DNA of 63,316 nt, filler included, from Reticulomyxa filosa (taxonomy: Eukaryota > Protista > Foraminifera): assembly GCA_000512085.1 (NCBI GenBank). It is 15 parts of 15 records of this genome, joined end to end, with 100 filler letters (N's around TTAATTAATTAA, not from the genome) between each part and the next. Parts side by side here need not be neighbours in the genome. Positions count along the whole stretch, not along the records: positions 47,739 to 53,118 come from ASPP01016666.1; positions 53,219 to 54,724 come from ASPP01027868.1; positions 54,825 to 56,438 come from ASPP01015669.1; positions 56,539 to 58,172 come from ASPP01021576.1; positions 58,273 to 63,316 come from ASPP01034846.1; 10 more parts are not named here. One strand, written 5' to 3'. Position 1 is the stretch's first letter; every line of letters begins with the position of its first letter. The notes below the pieces were generated by a model that had not been told where the DNA came from, searched no databases, and worked only from the letters and a program-made list of their open reading frames with translations. Below, piece after piece: positions 48,082 through 61,529 of the stretch. The translations under genes and the position numbers were made by a program.

Positions 48082-49543
48082 ATGAAAATTGGTTGGATGA
48101 AATTTCGTCCTTGCATTCGTTTTCTAAACAGTTCGTTGTTTTCTCGTGCTGCAATGAGAACTAGAAAAGCAAGTGTTGGTCTTTCAAGCGGCAAACGGTA
48201 CATGTCAACCAAAAATGACCCGGACGTGTGTTCGCAGTGCATACTTCATCCGTTGCACCTGAGGACGCACATTGAGTTTACTATTCCACCAAATTACAAT
48301 TGGAAGGAATCAACATCTGCAAATTATGGAACATCGAATGACACAACAGACAAGGGAGATCCATATTACGATAGCAAGAAAAAGTTGGACTACACGTATC
48401 ACGCATACTATACACAAGAACGGCAAAACCGTGTCCACAACGTGATCATCAACCATTATATGAATTTAACCAAAAATGCAGTTTCTTATCCCCTTTAAAA
48501 AAAAAATTTTTCCATTTGTTTGGAATTTTGGAACTTTCCAAAAATGAACCCCCCCCCTCTTTTTTTTTTTTTTTGTGAACACGAACACAGAGTATAAGTA
48601 ATCAAAAAGGTCGAAAGTTGAAAGATGACAAATGGATACTATTTACAGCAGGACCAATGGGGGCCGGTAAAACTCACACTGTTCGTTGGTTGCATCATCA
48701 ACAAAAGGTGTTTCCATTGGATGCATTTGTTCATGTGAGTGCAGACCGGATTAAGCAATTTTTGCCAGAGTACACACATTACTTAAAATATGATCCTAAA
48801 CATGTTGGTATGTAATGTAAAAAAAGTTGAAATAATTTTATTGCAATCGAAATTGATTTAAAAAATAATGTATGATGGAATTATAAAAAATAAACAAGGG
48901 ACTCGATTGCGACAAGAAGCTGGATATTTGTGTGAGATAATATCGTGGGAAATAATGAAACATAATTGCAATTTATGGTATGATAGTAGCTTTCGCTATC
49001 GCGATTTCTTCAAAACTTTCATTGGCTCCATTCGTGCGGAATATGGGAGTGTATACAAAATTGCACTCTTGTCGGTTCGAGCTCAAAGCAATACCATTTT
49101 TGAAAGAGCCAAAAGGAGAGCTACTGTCACATATAGACATGTCCCCGAAGAAGATATCCAAGCATCGATCGATCAGGTTTTCTTTTTTGATAAACGCTGC
49201 TCTTCATATATATGCATATATATACATATATGTACATATTTATGTATATATATTTATAGATGATGTATTATACATTGATTGTTTTTTTTGTGAATGAATC
49301 GGCCAGGTGACAACAGCAATTTCGGAACTCTCACCACTTATGGATTTAGTTATCGAAATAAACAATAACGAAGACGCATATATAAATGCAGAAAATCAAC
49401 CTAAAATAGTGTCTCTTGCTTGGAATCAGAATCCTCCTGATCACTTGACCAAGATAAAAAATCCAACTTGGGATGATTTCGCACAGATTTGGTATAACTC
49501 TAATGGGACTAACTCCTCTTCTCCACAGCAAAGCAAATTGTAA
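48082..49543 (+). CDS. Zeta-toxin family P-loop kinase with N-terminal mitochondrial-type presequence; exons 48082-48480, 48591-48807, 48899-49176, 49307-49543 (~376 aa)
   Basis: Walker A WILFTAGPMGAGKT, then VSADRIKQFLPEY, EAGYLCEI, NLWYDSS and ERAKRRATVTYRHVP. All three introns splice in phase. The N-terminus is Arg/Ser-rich with no acidic residues. Confidence 0.85.
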
Positions 49544-49936
49544 AACTTCAACCTTTTTTTTTTTTGAAGCATATTTATCCTTTATCTTCCTCTTCTTTTA
49601 AAAACATCTTTTTCTTGCCTGCGTGTGCGTGTATGTATTTTCTTCACTTTCAAACCATTTTAATATGAGCATAATGATAAACCTCAGGACCTTCTTCACA
49701 AAGGACATTGGAGGAAAAGGTTTTTTTTGTTTGATAACTCATGAAGTACAAATAATCAAAACCTGTTGATCTTAGAATTGCCAAAACAAAACAAATTTAT
49801 TTTGGCTCGATTTCCAATTTATCAAACTTTTACTGTTTACTTATAAAATTCTACGTCGTTTTGGAAAAAGTGCTCCTTGCTTAAGGCTAAAAACAACAAG
49901 CAAAGAAAGAAATGAGAGATAATAGCTCTGGAGATT

Positions 49937-52423
49937 TTAGTGATGAAGATTATTAAGAACTCCAATTGCTTTAATTACAAATGAAGGAGAGTATATTAAT
50001 AGTTGAAATTTAAAATTTGTAGCATTCTCAAAAAAATAAACAAGCGTCCTAACATAATAGGGGAAAAAATAATAAAAAAAGAAGTCGTAATGATAGTGAT
50101 ATAATAAACCAAAAACAAAATGCTTAAGTAGCTCTGTTTTTTTTTCTTTTAAAGTTAAATATTTCTTAAGCCCAGCTTGAAATTTGAGAGTACAATTGCA
50201 ACACTGAACAAATTCCAAAAAACACTGCCAGAATGAGTGTAACCCACCTTTCAACAACGGAGGTCTGATCTGTCCTCCAAACCACCATAGCAGGGAATAT
50301 GTAGCAACCTGTCCACACAAAGATAGAATAATAATCAACACTGTTTCTTCCAAAAAAAAAAAAAAAGGAAGAGACAAATAAACACTCTTAACAAATGGGC
50401 AAGGAAGTCGATCCCATCAAAGCGTTGACTTGGCCCACGTTAGTAGCAACAAGAGCAATAGCAGCTGCGGACAGCACAAAAGACAAAGTGACAATAACGT
50501 GTTGTCTTTCGGGCAATTGAAAGGATATATTGGCAAGATAGCTTCGTTGAGTCGGATTGGAGCTCAAAGGAGCAACACTCGCTACTGCTGCTGGAGGCGG
50601 GCACTCGTCGTTTTGATCCTCCAGCATTTGTTTTTTTTCTTCAGCATCGCCCTCCATTTTTGAAGAGGGAGATGGCGAGGGTGAGTCATGTCTAGAGTGT
50701 CGGAGTTTAATGATTTTGGGCGCTCCATTGGCAGCTGTGGCGGTATTAGTGGTAGTAATGGTTGTCGCTGTTGTTGTTATAGTGGCTGTGACATTGTTGT
50801 CTGAGCTGGACACAGATGTGGTGTTATCGAGCGTGTTGCTGACTATTTTGGAAGGATCCGTTTTCGTATTAATTGCTGCATTGTCCTGGCGAGAAATGTT
50901 ACTCATTTCAATTCTCTTCGTTGTTTTTTCCAAAGTACCTTTAGTTTGTTCCATCGATGAATTGATCGGTATTGACTCTTTATCAATTTCTTGATAGCTC
51001 TTTCGCACCTCTGCCGGGACATTCAATGATCTCAGCGACCTCTATATTCTCTCCAAAAAAAAAAACAAACAAAATGCAAAAAGCTATAAACGAAGGGGAA
51101 GGAGGGGAGAGAGAGAGAGAGAGAGGAAAGGATCAAACACTTGATAGATATAACAAAACAAAACTGCTCGGGCAGTGGACAGCAGTAATTCGGCCAAGGA
51201 CTTTCGAAAGGCATGGGCGAACAACGGGACGTCGCTGATGACATAGATGGAGAGCAAAATCTGTGCTGCCAACATAGACTTGTTCTTATTATAGGCGGAC
51301 GACAACAAGTTGGGCTGGACATTGTCAGGAAATGTAAAGTATCCAAAGTACGCCATGGCCGTATACACCACCAACGAAAATGCAAAACTGAACCACATGC
51401 CTGTCTTCAAGCGGCTCAGAGTGCGGTCTTTCATTTCAAAATAAATCGGCAAAAACGTTGGTTGCGCTGCAAATGCACCACTCATCAACACTATTGTATA
51501 CGTATGCTTTTTTTTATTTTTATTTTATTTATTATTTATTTTTTTTTTTTTTCACCATTTTTTTTTTTTTTTTTTAACAAAAAAAAAAGTATTTATGTGC
51601 ACCCCTCCCCCTTTTCTTTTTTTCGCTTCTGCGAAACTTGCATAAAATCGGGAGTGGAAAATCTCAAATGTGCTACACTTTGTTGGAAACAGCGACGACC
51701 CGAATCAACGTCAGGAGTGTGGCACCAGTCAAAAAAAATGCCCACCACGACCCCGACGGTATAAATCACGATCAACAAGCCCAAGAGAGAATTGTAGCGA
51801 AGTTCGCTCATGCGACGGAACAAAGACAATGGCAAGACAATCACGACGACACACAAAGGTAGTAATATGTACTCGCTATCCCATATGCTGTTGCTATGCC
51901 CGACTAGGGTCCGTATTGCCGGAATCAGCAAAGTCTTCACCAATGTCATATAAGACACACACGCGCTCCATAACAACACGATCAATGCACATTGAATTCC
52001 TACCGCCGTTCGGTCACCCCAAAGCTTCTCAGCTAACCGTCGAAAGCTACGACAATTATTCAATTCGCAACATTTGGCAAGCATTAGCATTGTATATGCA
52101 CAGCTCCAACAGCCCAACAACAAGTAAAATAAACCCGTAATTGTTCCACATTTTCTATTTGTATTTTTTTTTTTTTTTTTGTTCCAATTTGGGAGGGATT
52201 AATGTACGAATTTGTTTAAAAAAATTTGCTGACATTCTTTAGCCCCTTTGCTTCTTTTTGTTTTTTCTTCTAGCTCTCACTTGACGGCAAAAGATAAAGT
52301 CAATGTCCCTGGTCCGATCATGCAACAAACAAGTTCAAACGTGGTTGCCGCTATCGACCCGGGTTCCATATTGAAATCCTTCACATTTTCTCTGATTTTT
52401 GTCCAAATGTTAGTGGACGTCAT
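49937..52423 (-). CDS. Amino acid transporter, Aa_trans/AAAP (SLC38-like) family, multi-exon
   Basis: GSIAATTFELVCCMIGPGTLTLSFAV, SFRRLAEKLWG, LPLSLFRRMSELRYNSLLG, AFAAQPTFLPIYFEMKDRT, FGYFTFPDNVQPNLL, VNALMGSTSLPIC; multiple transmembrane segments. Confidence 0.9.
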
Positions 52424-53218
52424 CTTGGTATATATTACCCTGTATCCGAATTTTGCTAATCTTTTGAGCCAGAATTTTTTTTAAAGGTACACCACTCCTT
52501 TTCAGGAAAAAAATAAATATAAATATTCTGTTTCGAACCCTCGAACATAAAATATCAAGTTGAGGATGGTTACATTTTACTAAATTGACAAGCGTCAGAC
52601 AAAGTACGTGTTTTCAAAGAATGACATTATTATTTTTTGTTGATTTTTCAAGGTGTACGCCTATTTTCGTCGAAATGAAATTCGAATTTGAATCTAAAAC
52701 TTGTAGCCGTTGAAGATTAGAAATGTTCAAAGATTAACAAATCTTTTAAAAAGAAATTTTAGTTCCACAAGTAAGTATTAACCACAAACGTCATTATTTT
52801 GAAAAATTTTCCAAGTTTCCAAAACATGACGAACGTATTTGCAAAGTACTGTACAACAAACGGAATGAAACAAGCAAAACAAAATAAGATAGAACAAATC
52901 AGCAAATAAAGAAGACAGAAAAAAAAAAAAAAGAAACACGCTTTTTGTTTAATAGAACCTTTTGTAAACAGCAATTGACAAAATACAACAAACGTAAAAA
53001 AAACTCAACACATACAATAGTACCAAAGTCTTGTTGCCTTGAATGTGGAGCAAGATGCACTGAAACAATAGGAAATTTTTTTTTTTTGTGATTCTGAGAA
53101 AAGGAGTCAAGAAAAACANNNNNNNNNNNNNNNNNNNNNNNNNNNNNNNNNNNNNNNNNNNNTTAATTAATTAANNNNNNNNNNNNNNNNNNNNNNNNNN
53201 NNNNNNNNNNNNNNNNNN

Positions 53219-54724
53219 TTGATTTGCTAAATAATGGAGTGATTTTTGAATGATCAATCCAATTATCGACTGACACGATCGATGTTGTTACTTTTTGTAA
53301 CAAATGCGCAATAACATTAGCTTCTTATTGTGCACCAAATCAAATCGTGTAATAAAGCAGAGGTACCCAAATATATTGGCAAGCACAATACCAGTCCAAT
53401 GGATTAAAATAATTGACAAAAAAGTAAAACTGGACTGTGTTTCGCTGTTACCATCATAAGTATCACTGGCGCTGCGCTTGACATCGCCACACCCATCAAA
53501 AAGCTTCCATTGAGGCTATGTGAAAGTAGTCAATTAATAGGAGTGCACAAAGCCACCACTTGCAGATTTGAAGAGTTATTTTATAACAAAAGTAAAATTG
53601 ACATAATGTCTTTTTTACTTTTTAAGACTAATCCAACACGATATCCTCAAAATATTCTATTTATTAATCATCATCCAACTCCTACTATCTTCATTTTCTT
53701 TTTTGCGAAACTCCAAGCCAGTATCACAAGCAAACATCATCCACCAACTTGAGTCATGATATCGAAAGAATGGCCCCATGTGAGAGTGGCTCACTCGACC
53801 ACCATACAACATCATATTCTTCTTTGTCTTCCTTTTCTTTGGCCAATTCAGTCGCTGCTGTCGTTGTGATACCGCAATGTTGATATCGTTTCGTTTCCAT
53901 TTTACGCGATATTATCACGTCTTTTTTTTTTTTCTCCCTTTCTTCTTGACTGATCTTGCCTTTGTAGTTGGATAGCGCCAAGATCCAGATCGTCGACGAT
54001 TAAACTATGAGAATTTTTTTTCAACGATTCCAATGGCATACAAAATTCGTCGCCCTTTTGATAGGAGACATGCTTTGACCTTGGATAATGATCGTTGTTG
54101 GAAATTTCGCAAATCTATTCAACAATTTTTGGATTGACGATACGGTGAGTGAATATATCATTTATATTTCTTTTTTTTACTTTTGACGTATTCTTCTTTA
54201 TTGCTTTCTTGAGTGCAATCTAACGCGTATCTCGTGGTCACAATAGTCGATACTGGAAGCAGTTCGTTAAAGATAGCTTTGTCCACAAACAATGCAATAA
54301 GCTATCTCTCTCTATCTCTCTCTATTCACAAATTATCAATTATCAATATTACCTTCGAGCTTACCATTCATCCCATTAGCACGTACATGATTCAAAATCC
54401 AAAATTTGCGCATGTGTGCATGCACACACAGACAGTTTCGATTGTTGTCATTAGTTTATAAAAGTATCTCGTTATTTTCATTACCACCAAGTTTCAATTA
54501 TTTGTTGGCACCAATAGATTGTATTTTAACACAATCTTGTGGATAATTGTTGGCGTAGCAAAGCGCCAGAGACTTGTATCTGTTTACGTTGATGGTAAAC
54601 AAGTTCTTTGCAATACCTCGGGCTACCACTGTCATATTCATTCAACAATTTCCACTGCGGCGCGATATGGGAAGTTAGTCTACGGCCGCGAGTGGCGATT
54701 TTGCGCGTTTCGAGACTTAAAAGA
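53219..54724 (-). pseudogene. Ankyrin-repeat-like pseudogene
   Basis: Colinear inverted homolog of ~58850-60400, with remnants such as DHSKITPLF and ANVIAHLL. Many stops. Confidence 0.5.
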
Positions 54725-54824
54725 NNNNNNNNNNNNNNNNNNNNNNNNNNNNNNNNNNNNNNNNNNNNTTAATTAATTAANNNNNNNNNNNNNNNNNNNN
54801 NNNNNNNNNNNNNNNNNNNNNNNN

Positions 54825-55424
54825 AAAAAAAAGGGGGAGGACAGCATTGCCCATTTGTCGATACAAAAGTAAGCAAAACTTTTTTTAAAATTGAATATGC
54901 AAGTGGCGCAGTATCGCAAAGACATTGAAAAAAGAAATGCGGCGATGGCAGAAATTTTTCAGTTGATGTTGCATAAGGGCTGCAAAGACGACACGTTTTT
55001 GAAAGAATGTGTTCAATCGAGCTTGCGATATCGAAGACCTCCCATCACTGTCATGCAACAATTTTCCGCGTTGTCCAGATTTGATGGAAAACCCCATTTG
55101 GCTCATTTTGGGAAAAACTTTGCTAAGCAAGCAAATACTACTGACGACGATAGTAACAACGATGCATTTGTGCTGGTGATTCACGGTACAAATGACAATG
55201 TGCTGGACTTTAGAAATAGTGTTTACATTCATAAGCAACTGCCTGGAAATTGCTCCAGATTAGTGTTACTCGATGATGAGGGACACTTGGTACACTATAC
55301 CCAAAAGGGGCTTTCTGCAATCATCAACGCTCTGAAAAACTTTGATTCCAAATGTTGTTCCAAAAAAGATTCTTGCACTTGTCACATTGAAAAGGGAGCT
55401 TTGCACTTGCTTGCCAAAATGTAA
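54825..55424 (+). CDS. Alpha/beta-hydrolase, C-terminal part (5' partial)
   Basis: Catalytic acid motif LVIHGTNDNVL and His motif LLDDEGHLVH; stop at 55422-55424. Confidence 0.8.
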
Positions 55425-55779
55425 ATTAATACGTGTCATGCAAATAACTACACTTTGTTTTCAGTGTCACAATTGCCATTATCATTATACTTTTTTTTCT
55501 TTTTCTATTTTCGAAATAAGATGTATTACTCTGTGGACTAGCACAAGAGCAAGAAAGGTTTTTTCTCTAAACGATGTAATAAGTTGAACCAGATTTGCTC
55601 GATGTTAGCTTAAGTTGATATTTTGCACTGTTGCTTATATTTCATTCGGGAAAATCAAAATTACGCGACAGAAACGGAACTCTACAAAGGGGACAGCATT
55701 TTAATTAGTTGCGTGAGGGAGATAACAACATAAAAGTGAAGTTCATTACTGTATTGGACATTAATCTAAGAAGAAAATC

Positions 55780-56364
55780 ATGTCTAAAAAAGTCCGTGTT
55801 ATCAAGCCGTTTCAAGGCGATTTTGTGACAGATTCATTGACCTTGGAAGAAGGGGACATTATCATTGTCTTGATGGACTCTACGAGTGGAAGAGTGTATG
55901 GTCGTAAAATGCGAACGGGTGAGGAGGGTTATTTTGATATGAGCAATTGTGTGCCAGTCATCGATGAGAATGAAATTGCCAATAATCACAACGCAAGTAT
56001 TGAAACTTGTAACCATTGTTTCTATGTATTTGTGTAATCTAGTTGTATTTATTGTTTGTGTGCATTATTGCACACGTTCAATAATACGTATTGATTCCCC
56101 TTTTCGTCTTTTTTTTTGTTTTTTTTTTAGTAATTTTTTTTACGAATGGGGGAGAGGGGATCACATATTAACAAATACCCAACGGCACAGGAGCAGATCC
56201 TTTCTTGGAGCTGGGTCTCGATTTAAAGCCAGTGCAATCAGCAGCAGCAGGACCAGGCAACAGTGTAACTGCAAACGTAAATACGAGTGGAAATCTACCA
56301 GCAGCATTGCAGAAACAAGAAACATTTGGATTTTCATCATGGGATAATGCTTTCACTGACGAAG
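55780..56364 (+). CDS. SH3-domain protein, N-terminal exons (3' partial)
   Basis: VRVIKPFQGDFVTDSLTLEEGDIIIVL..SGRVYGRKMRTGEEGYFDMSNCVPV, followed by an intron and a second exon with a GT donor at 56365. Confidence 0.75.
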
Positions 56365-56399
56365 GTATGACCATTTATAAGCGATTTTCGTCGTACTCA

Positions 56400-56438
<39 letters not shown>

Positions 56439-57013
56439 NNNNNNNNNNNNNNNNNNNNNNNNNNNNNNNNNNNNNNNNNNNNTTAATTAATTAANNNNNN
56501 NNNNNNNNNNNNNNNNNNNNNNNNNNNNNNNNNNNNNNAGATATTTGCATTTAAGTAAAAAACGAATGAAAATTCGCAACATTGAACACTTTTGACCACA
56601 ACTGTATATCGCATTCACTGGTGATCTGTTGGGTGAATAATGTGACCAAACGAAAGAAAGTCTTTCTATCAGTTCATCACAGTCTAGTTTACTATACTAT
56701 GTCTTTTTATTTGCTTTGATGAACATAGTACATATGCTAGTAGCGGCAGATGCACTTCATTAAGGTAAATTATATCAGTCGTAAAAAAAGTGGATAAATG
56801 GAAAATGCAAATATTTTGTTGGTTTTGTTTTTTCATTGTTGTTTATCTTTCTAATAGGTTCGATTTTGTTAAGTTTTATGTAATTTTATTTACTATAATT
56901 TTTCCATTACGCGAAAAATCAGTTTAAGTATTTTTTACAATGTTTAACTAATTTTTAATCAACTCAAGAGCAAAGTGCCATTGGATAAAATATCTTTGCT
57001 GAATTTTGTTGAT

Positions 57014-57743
57014 CTAATTGGAAATTTTCTTATGCAATAAAAATGGTGAAAAATGATTCTTGAGTAATAGCAATGTTACACCAGTATTCCCTGCAGCTAT
57101 CAAAATACATGTTTTGGTTTTGTCACAAATTGAATTAAATACAAAATATTGTGTAATTTCAATTTGATATATCTTACAGAGCAAAAAAAAATACAATAAA
57201 GATAAGTCGCTGAAACTCAGCATTATTCTTCTTTTAATAATTGTTTTGGAATGAAAATCAAGCAATGTTAATTGATCTGCTATCGTATTCTAGCTGAAGT
57301 AAGTGAAAATTTTTGAAATGATTTTTTTGTTTGGGATACTTTTCAGTTGTTGCAAACAACTCAGAACAAAAAGGGAGCTCGGAAAAAATTGAATATATCA
57401 TAATTTGAAAGACAATGCCAGTTCCCAAAAGACAATTATCAAAAATCCTGCAAATCCGGTCAGCTATCATCACCAACATCATCCTTTCAAAGGATGGAGA
57501 TGGCAATTTTGTCTTGTTACATCAATCAAATCAATGAAGAAAATCGTTTTTGTGCTTATAAAAGATAAATATGGCCATTGCAATAGCACAAAGAATTACC
57601 AATATTCCAAAACAAGCATTTTTCCAAGGATCGTTGGAATCACGAATATTGTCTTCAATTGCTAGTGAGGACACGTCTTGTTCGTTGTTCTTGCTTTTGT
57701 TCTTTTTTCCTTTTAAAGGTTCTATTTCAAATCCACCTCGCAT
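57014..57743 (-). pseudogene. Membrane-protein pseudogene, possibly choline-transporter-like (CTL/SLC44) N-terminus
   Basis: RDSNDPWKNACFGILVILCAIAMAIFIFY plus further hydrophobic fragments broken by stops. The family assignment is weak. Confidence 0.3.
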
Positions 57744-58272
57744 CACTATATCTGTTAATCTTTATGCCTGGAGAGAATAGATTCAATCTATTGCCAGATT
57801 TGATCGAATATTATTTCAGCGTTTAGAGCTCCTTTCGAATTTTTGTAAAACGCCCTGGGCACGCCTTTTTACTTTTTTTAGCACTTTGGCACCAGGTGCG
57901 CATATATACAACACCAGTATTTGAACTAAAATTCCTCCAAAAGTGTACTTTTACGATTTATTTTAAACCGTACTTGATTCAAAGTGTTTCAAATATAAGT
58001 TTTCAGCATTAATAGTGTTGGAGTAGAAAAGTGGAATGTATTTAGTTTTTCAAATCAATTATAAATTGAACCTATGGTAAGGCACAAATTTCTAGCTTGT
58101 TTTGTTATATATGGTAACAAGGAGCGTTGAAAACTTGAAAAAAAAACTGATATCTCCATAAAAATATTTCCANNNNNNNNNNNNNNNNNNNNNNNNNNNN
58201 NNNNNNNNNNNNNNNNTTAATTAATTAANNNNNNNNNNNNNNNNNNNNNNNNNNNNNNNNNNNNNNNNNNNN

Positions 58273-61060
58273 CGAGACATTGGATATTGTTGGTCGGTGA
58301 AGAAAGAGATAAAGCTAGTTTTATCTTCCAATTCCATCGCCGTAAGAGTGGTGTGACTTGCGTTTGTCATATTATCTTTACCGAATTGCCTCCGGGAACT
58401 ATGGACGACGCGTTGGGTGCAAATCAAGAAAGCAAGGAAACGAATACAACTAATAGTGGGAAATAGAATATGCGATTGTTCACGTCCATTCGGTCAGGCC
58501 AAAGCATGTTTCTTCATCATGACGGCGACGAGAGCAGATGAAATTGCAGTTGGAAAACATTGACATATGTAGTTGGAACAGTTGTCAAGATTCTTCAGAT
58601 CAATTGCAGACAATATCTCCACCTTGGTGCCGCCAAATATGAAAGCACGTTCGCCAAGAAGAATAAAGAAGACTGCAATATCGTGCAAAGTAAAAACGAT
58701 TTGGACATTATGATGTAAGATTGGTTCCATTTGGTTGTTCAAAACGCACAGGACATTGGCAAACAAGAAGAGAAAGAGGAGGGCTTGTTTAAAAGGAAAA
58801 AAAAAACCCCAGCCGGCCCGGCTTTATTGATTTTGGTTATGGAATCTCTTTTCATGTTTGAAAATACGCAAAACCGCCACTCGCGGACGTATACTAACTT
58901 CACATAGTGCTCCGCAATCAAAAATATTGAACGAATATGTCAATGTCTCGGCAGCGGTAACCTGAAGTATTGCAAAGAATTTGTTTGTCATCAATGTATG
59001 TTGATACAAGCCTCTGACACTTTGCAATGCCAACAATGATCCTCAAAGATTGTGCTTAACTGCAATCTACTGGCTCCAATGGGCGAGAGAAACTCGATCG
59101 ATATGGAAATGGCGCTAATTTTACAAACGGAGCACAATAATAGAAACGTAGATATTGGGCAATCGTGTCAAAACTGACCGTGTGCGTACGCATATGCGCA
59201 AATTTGGATTTTGGATCGTGTTCGTGCTGATGAGAGGAATCTTAAGCTCGCAGTCAACATTGGACATTGATAATTAGTGAGCAGCGAGAGATTATTGCAT
59301 TTTCTGACGCCATCACTGCAAGAGTTGTTTGCCTTGCATTTGTCGAAAGAGCTCATGTAATCTTTCCTGAATTGTCGCCGGGATTGGCCATTTACTACGA
59401 GCAACGTGTTGAATGGCCTCAAGAAAAATAATGGCGAATACGTCAAAAAAGGAAATACAATTGATACCCTCACTTATTTGATCGCCAATATAAAAATTGC
59501 GGAATGGGCGTATGGTGATGGATGCAAGAATTTCCAATAACGATAATCATCCAATGTTAAAGTGTTTATCTCATTACAAGGTTGATTGGAGCGAATGAAT
59601 TTGGGAACAATTGAACAAAATTATACCAGTTTAATCGTCGACGATTTGGATCTTGGTACTGTCCGATTACGAAGGCAAGCTAATCAAAAAGAAAGAAAAA
59701 AAAAAAGATTTGATAACATCGCTCAAAAATGGAACCGTATCGATAATGGTTTGCAACAACAACAGCGACTGGATTGATAAAAGGAATGAAAGACAAAGGA
59801 GAATATGGCACGGACGTTGTAGAAAATAAATAAGCGCACATGACGATCGAGTTAGCCACTCTCACATGGAACTATCCTTCCGATATCGTTGCTCAATTTA
59901 GTGGGAACTCAAACCAACATCACCATCAAACAAGAAGATAGAAGGAGGAAGATGAACAGAAAGAAAGTTCCGAGAATACTTCGTTGGATTTTTTTTACAA
60001 AGTAAAAAAGATATTGTGTCGATTTTACTTTCGTTATTAAATGGATTCACATCCGCGAGCGGCTTTGCGCATTCTTATCCATGAACTGATTTCACATAAT
60101 GCGCATCCAATGGAAACTTCTTGACAGTTGTGACAATGTCAAGTGCGGCGCCAGTGATACCTGTAATGACGATGACAAAACGCAGTCCATGCTCTCGTTT
60201 ACTCATTTATCAATTGTTCAATACATTTGATTGGTATTGTTTGCGCCAATATTTGGGTACAAGCCATATCCCACGATTTGCTTTGGTTTGCACTGAAGAG
60301 CTAATGTTGTGCACATTTGTTACAAAGGGAATAACGTCGTGCCAGTCCATAATTTGATGGACGATTCAAAAACCGGTCCATTATTTATCAAATCAAGAAA
60401 AAAAGTTTGGATATTGTCAATATGCTGGTGGCACTGAGCCTGCTGGATGGATGTGTGGACAACATTTATGTCAGCAGTCAAGCCCCTCCTTCGACACTGG
60501 CTTGTTGTTATTTAGTTGATCATTTAGTGCGCCTGCTCCAAGTCCCTGTTACCTGTTATAATTGTGATTGGATCCATCGCTTGAAAAAGTTTTTTATGTG
60601 TACAATTTTTTTTATATGTACATGCTCAAACTAATGGCAACATCTTTATACGTATATTGATTATTTATTTGTATGTATGTGATATGTGTTGCTTGAAATT
60701 TTTTAATAGACATCCTAATGTATATCAATGAAATTTTGTAATGTGGATGAACAAGTTTTTGATATTTACATTGCCATTTGTGTTGCAGCGAATTCCCAGT
60801 ACAATGGCAATTGTGACAGCAACCACAACAATATCGATGGTTGCATACATGAAAAAGTGGTAACCTCATTGTCGAATTGTTGTTAAAGAAACATAATATG
60901 CCAAATCATTGAAGCTGCACTACAACTCACGCGCCTGCCATTTTTCAAATACATTTATTTGTTTGTTATGAACAAGTGTTTATAATGACGGCGTGCGTCA
61001 AATATGGGCCATGGTTTACGTTTTGAATACGTACAATTTGAAAAAAAAAAAAGTAAAGAT
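58273..61060 (+). pseudogene. Ankyrin-repeat-like pseudogene with internal duplication (58273-58480 ~ 59255-59470)
   Basis: Remnants ANVVHICYKGNN and DDSKTGPLFIKS..LDIVNMLV and GNLIVELLL. Homologous to 53219-54724 and to 39150-39360. Confidence 0.5.
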
Positions 61061-61529
61061 CCATATGTGATATGGTTCATGATATATTGGAAGTGATGAT
61101 CTAATTATTATGTTGATTATATGCGCAACCTATTCCAAGTTATAATGTTTTTTTGTGATGTGATTGAAATTGAAATGTATATGATCAATACCACGTATAT
61201 AACATAGGTCTCAAAAGAATACAGTACCTGTAGAAAGTGACTGTGGTTGCAGTGCCGTATGCAAAGATAAAACTGGTGCATATTCGATTGCAAGTACTTA
61301 ACACTTGACTCAAATTTTTGGATTAAAAATGTTTGTATTTTTTGTGAATTGTTGTTTCTTTTAGTTTTTTTTAATAATAATTTCAACTTCTCACAACTCA
61401 CCTGAATCTTTTCAAATTATACACATCGTAAAAATTTTTGAATTTTAAATCTAAAAGAAGTAGAAAAGATGCAAATAAATTCGATTTGAAGAAATGTAAA
61501 AAAAATATTATCCACTGACCGATATCAAC

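Noticed and set aside
14393-49543. Apparent defence/toxin island (FHA-like giant, WD40s, RNF213-like, zeta toxin)
   Set aside because: The genes lie on different contigs joined by artificial spacers, so their proximity is not evidence of linkage.
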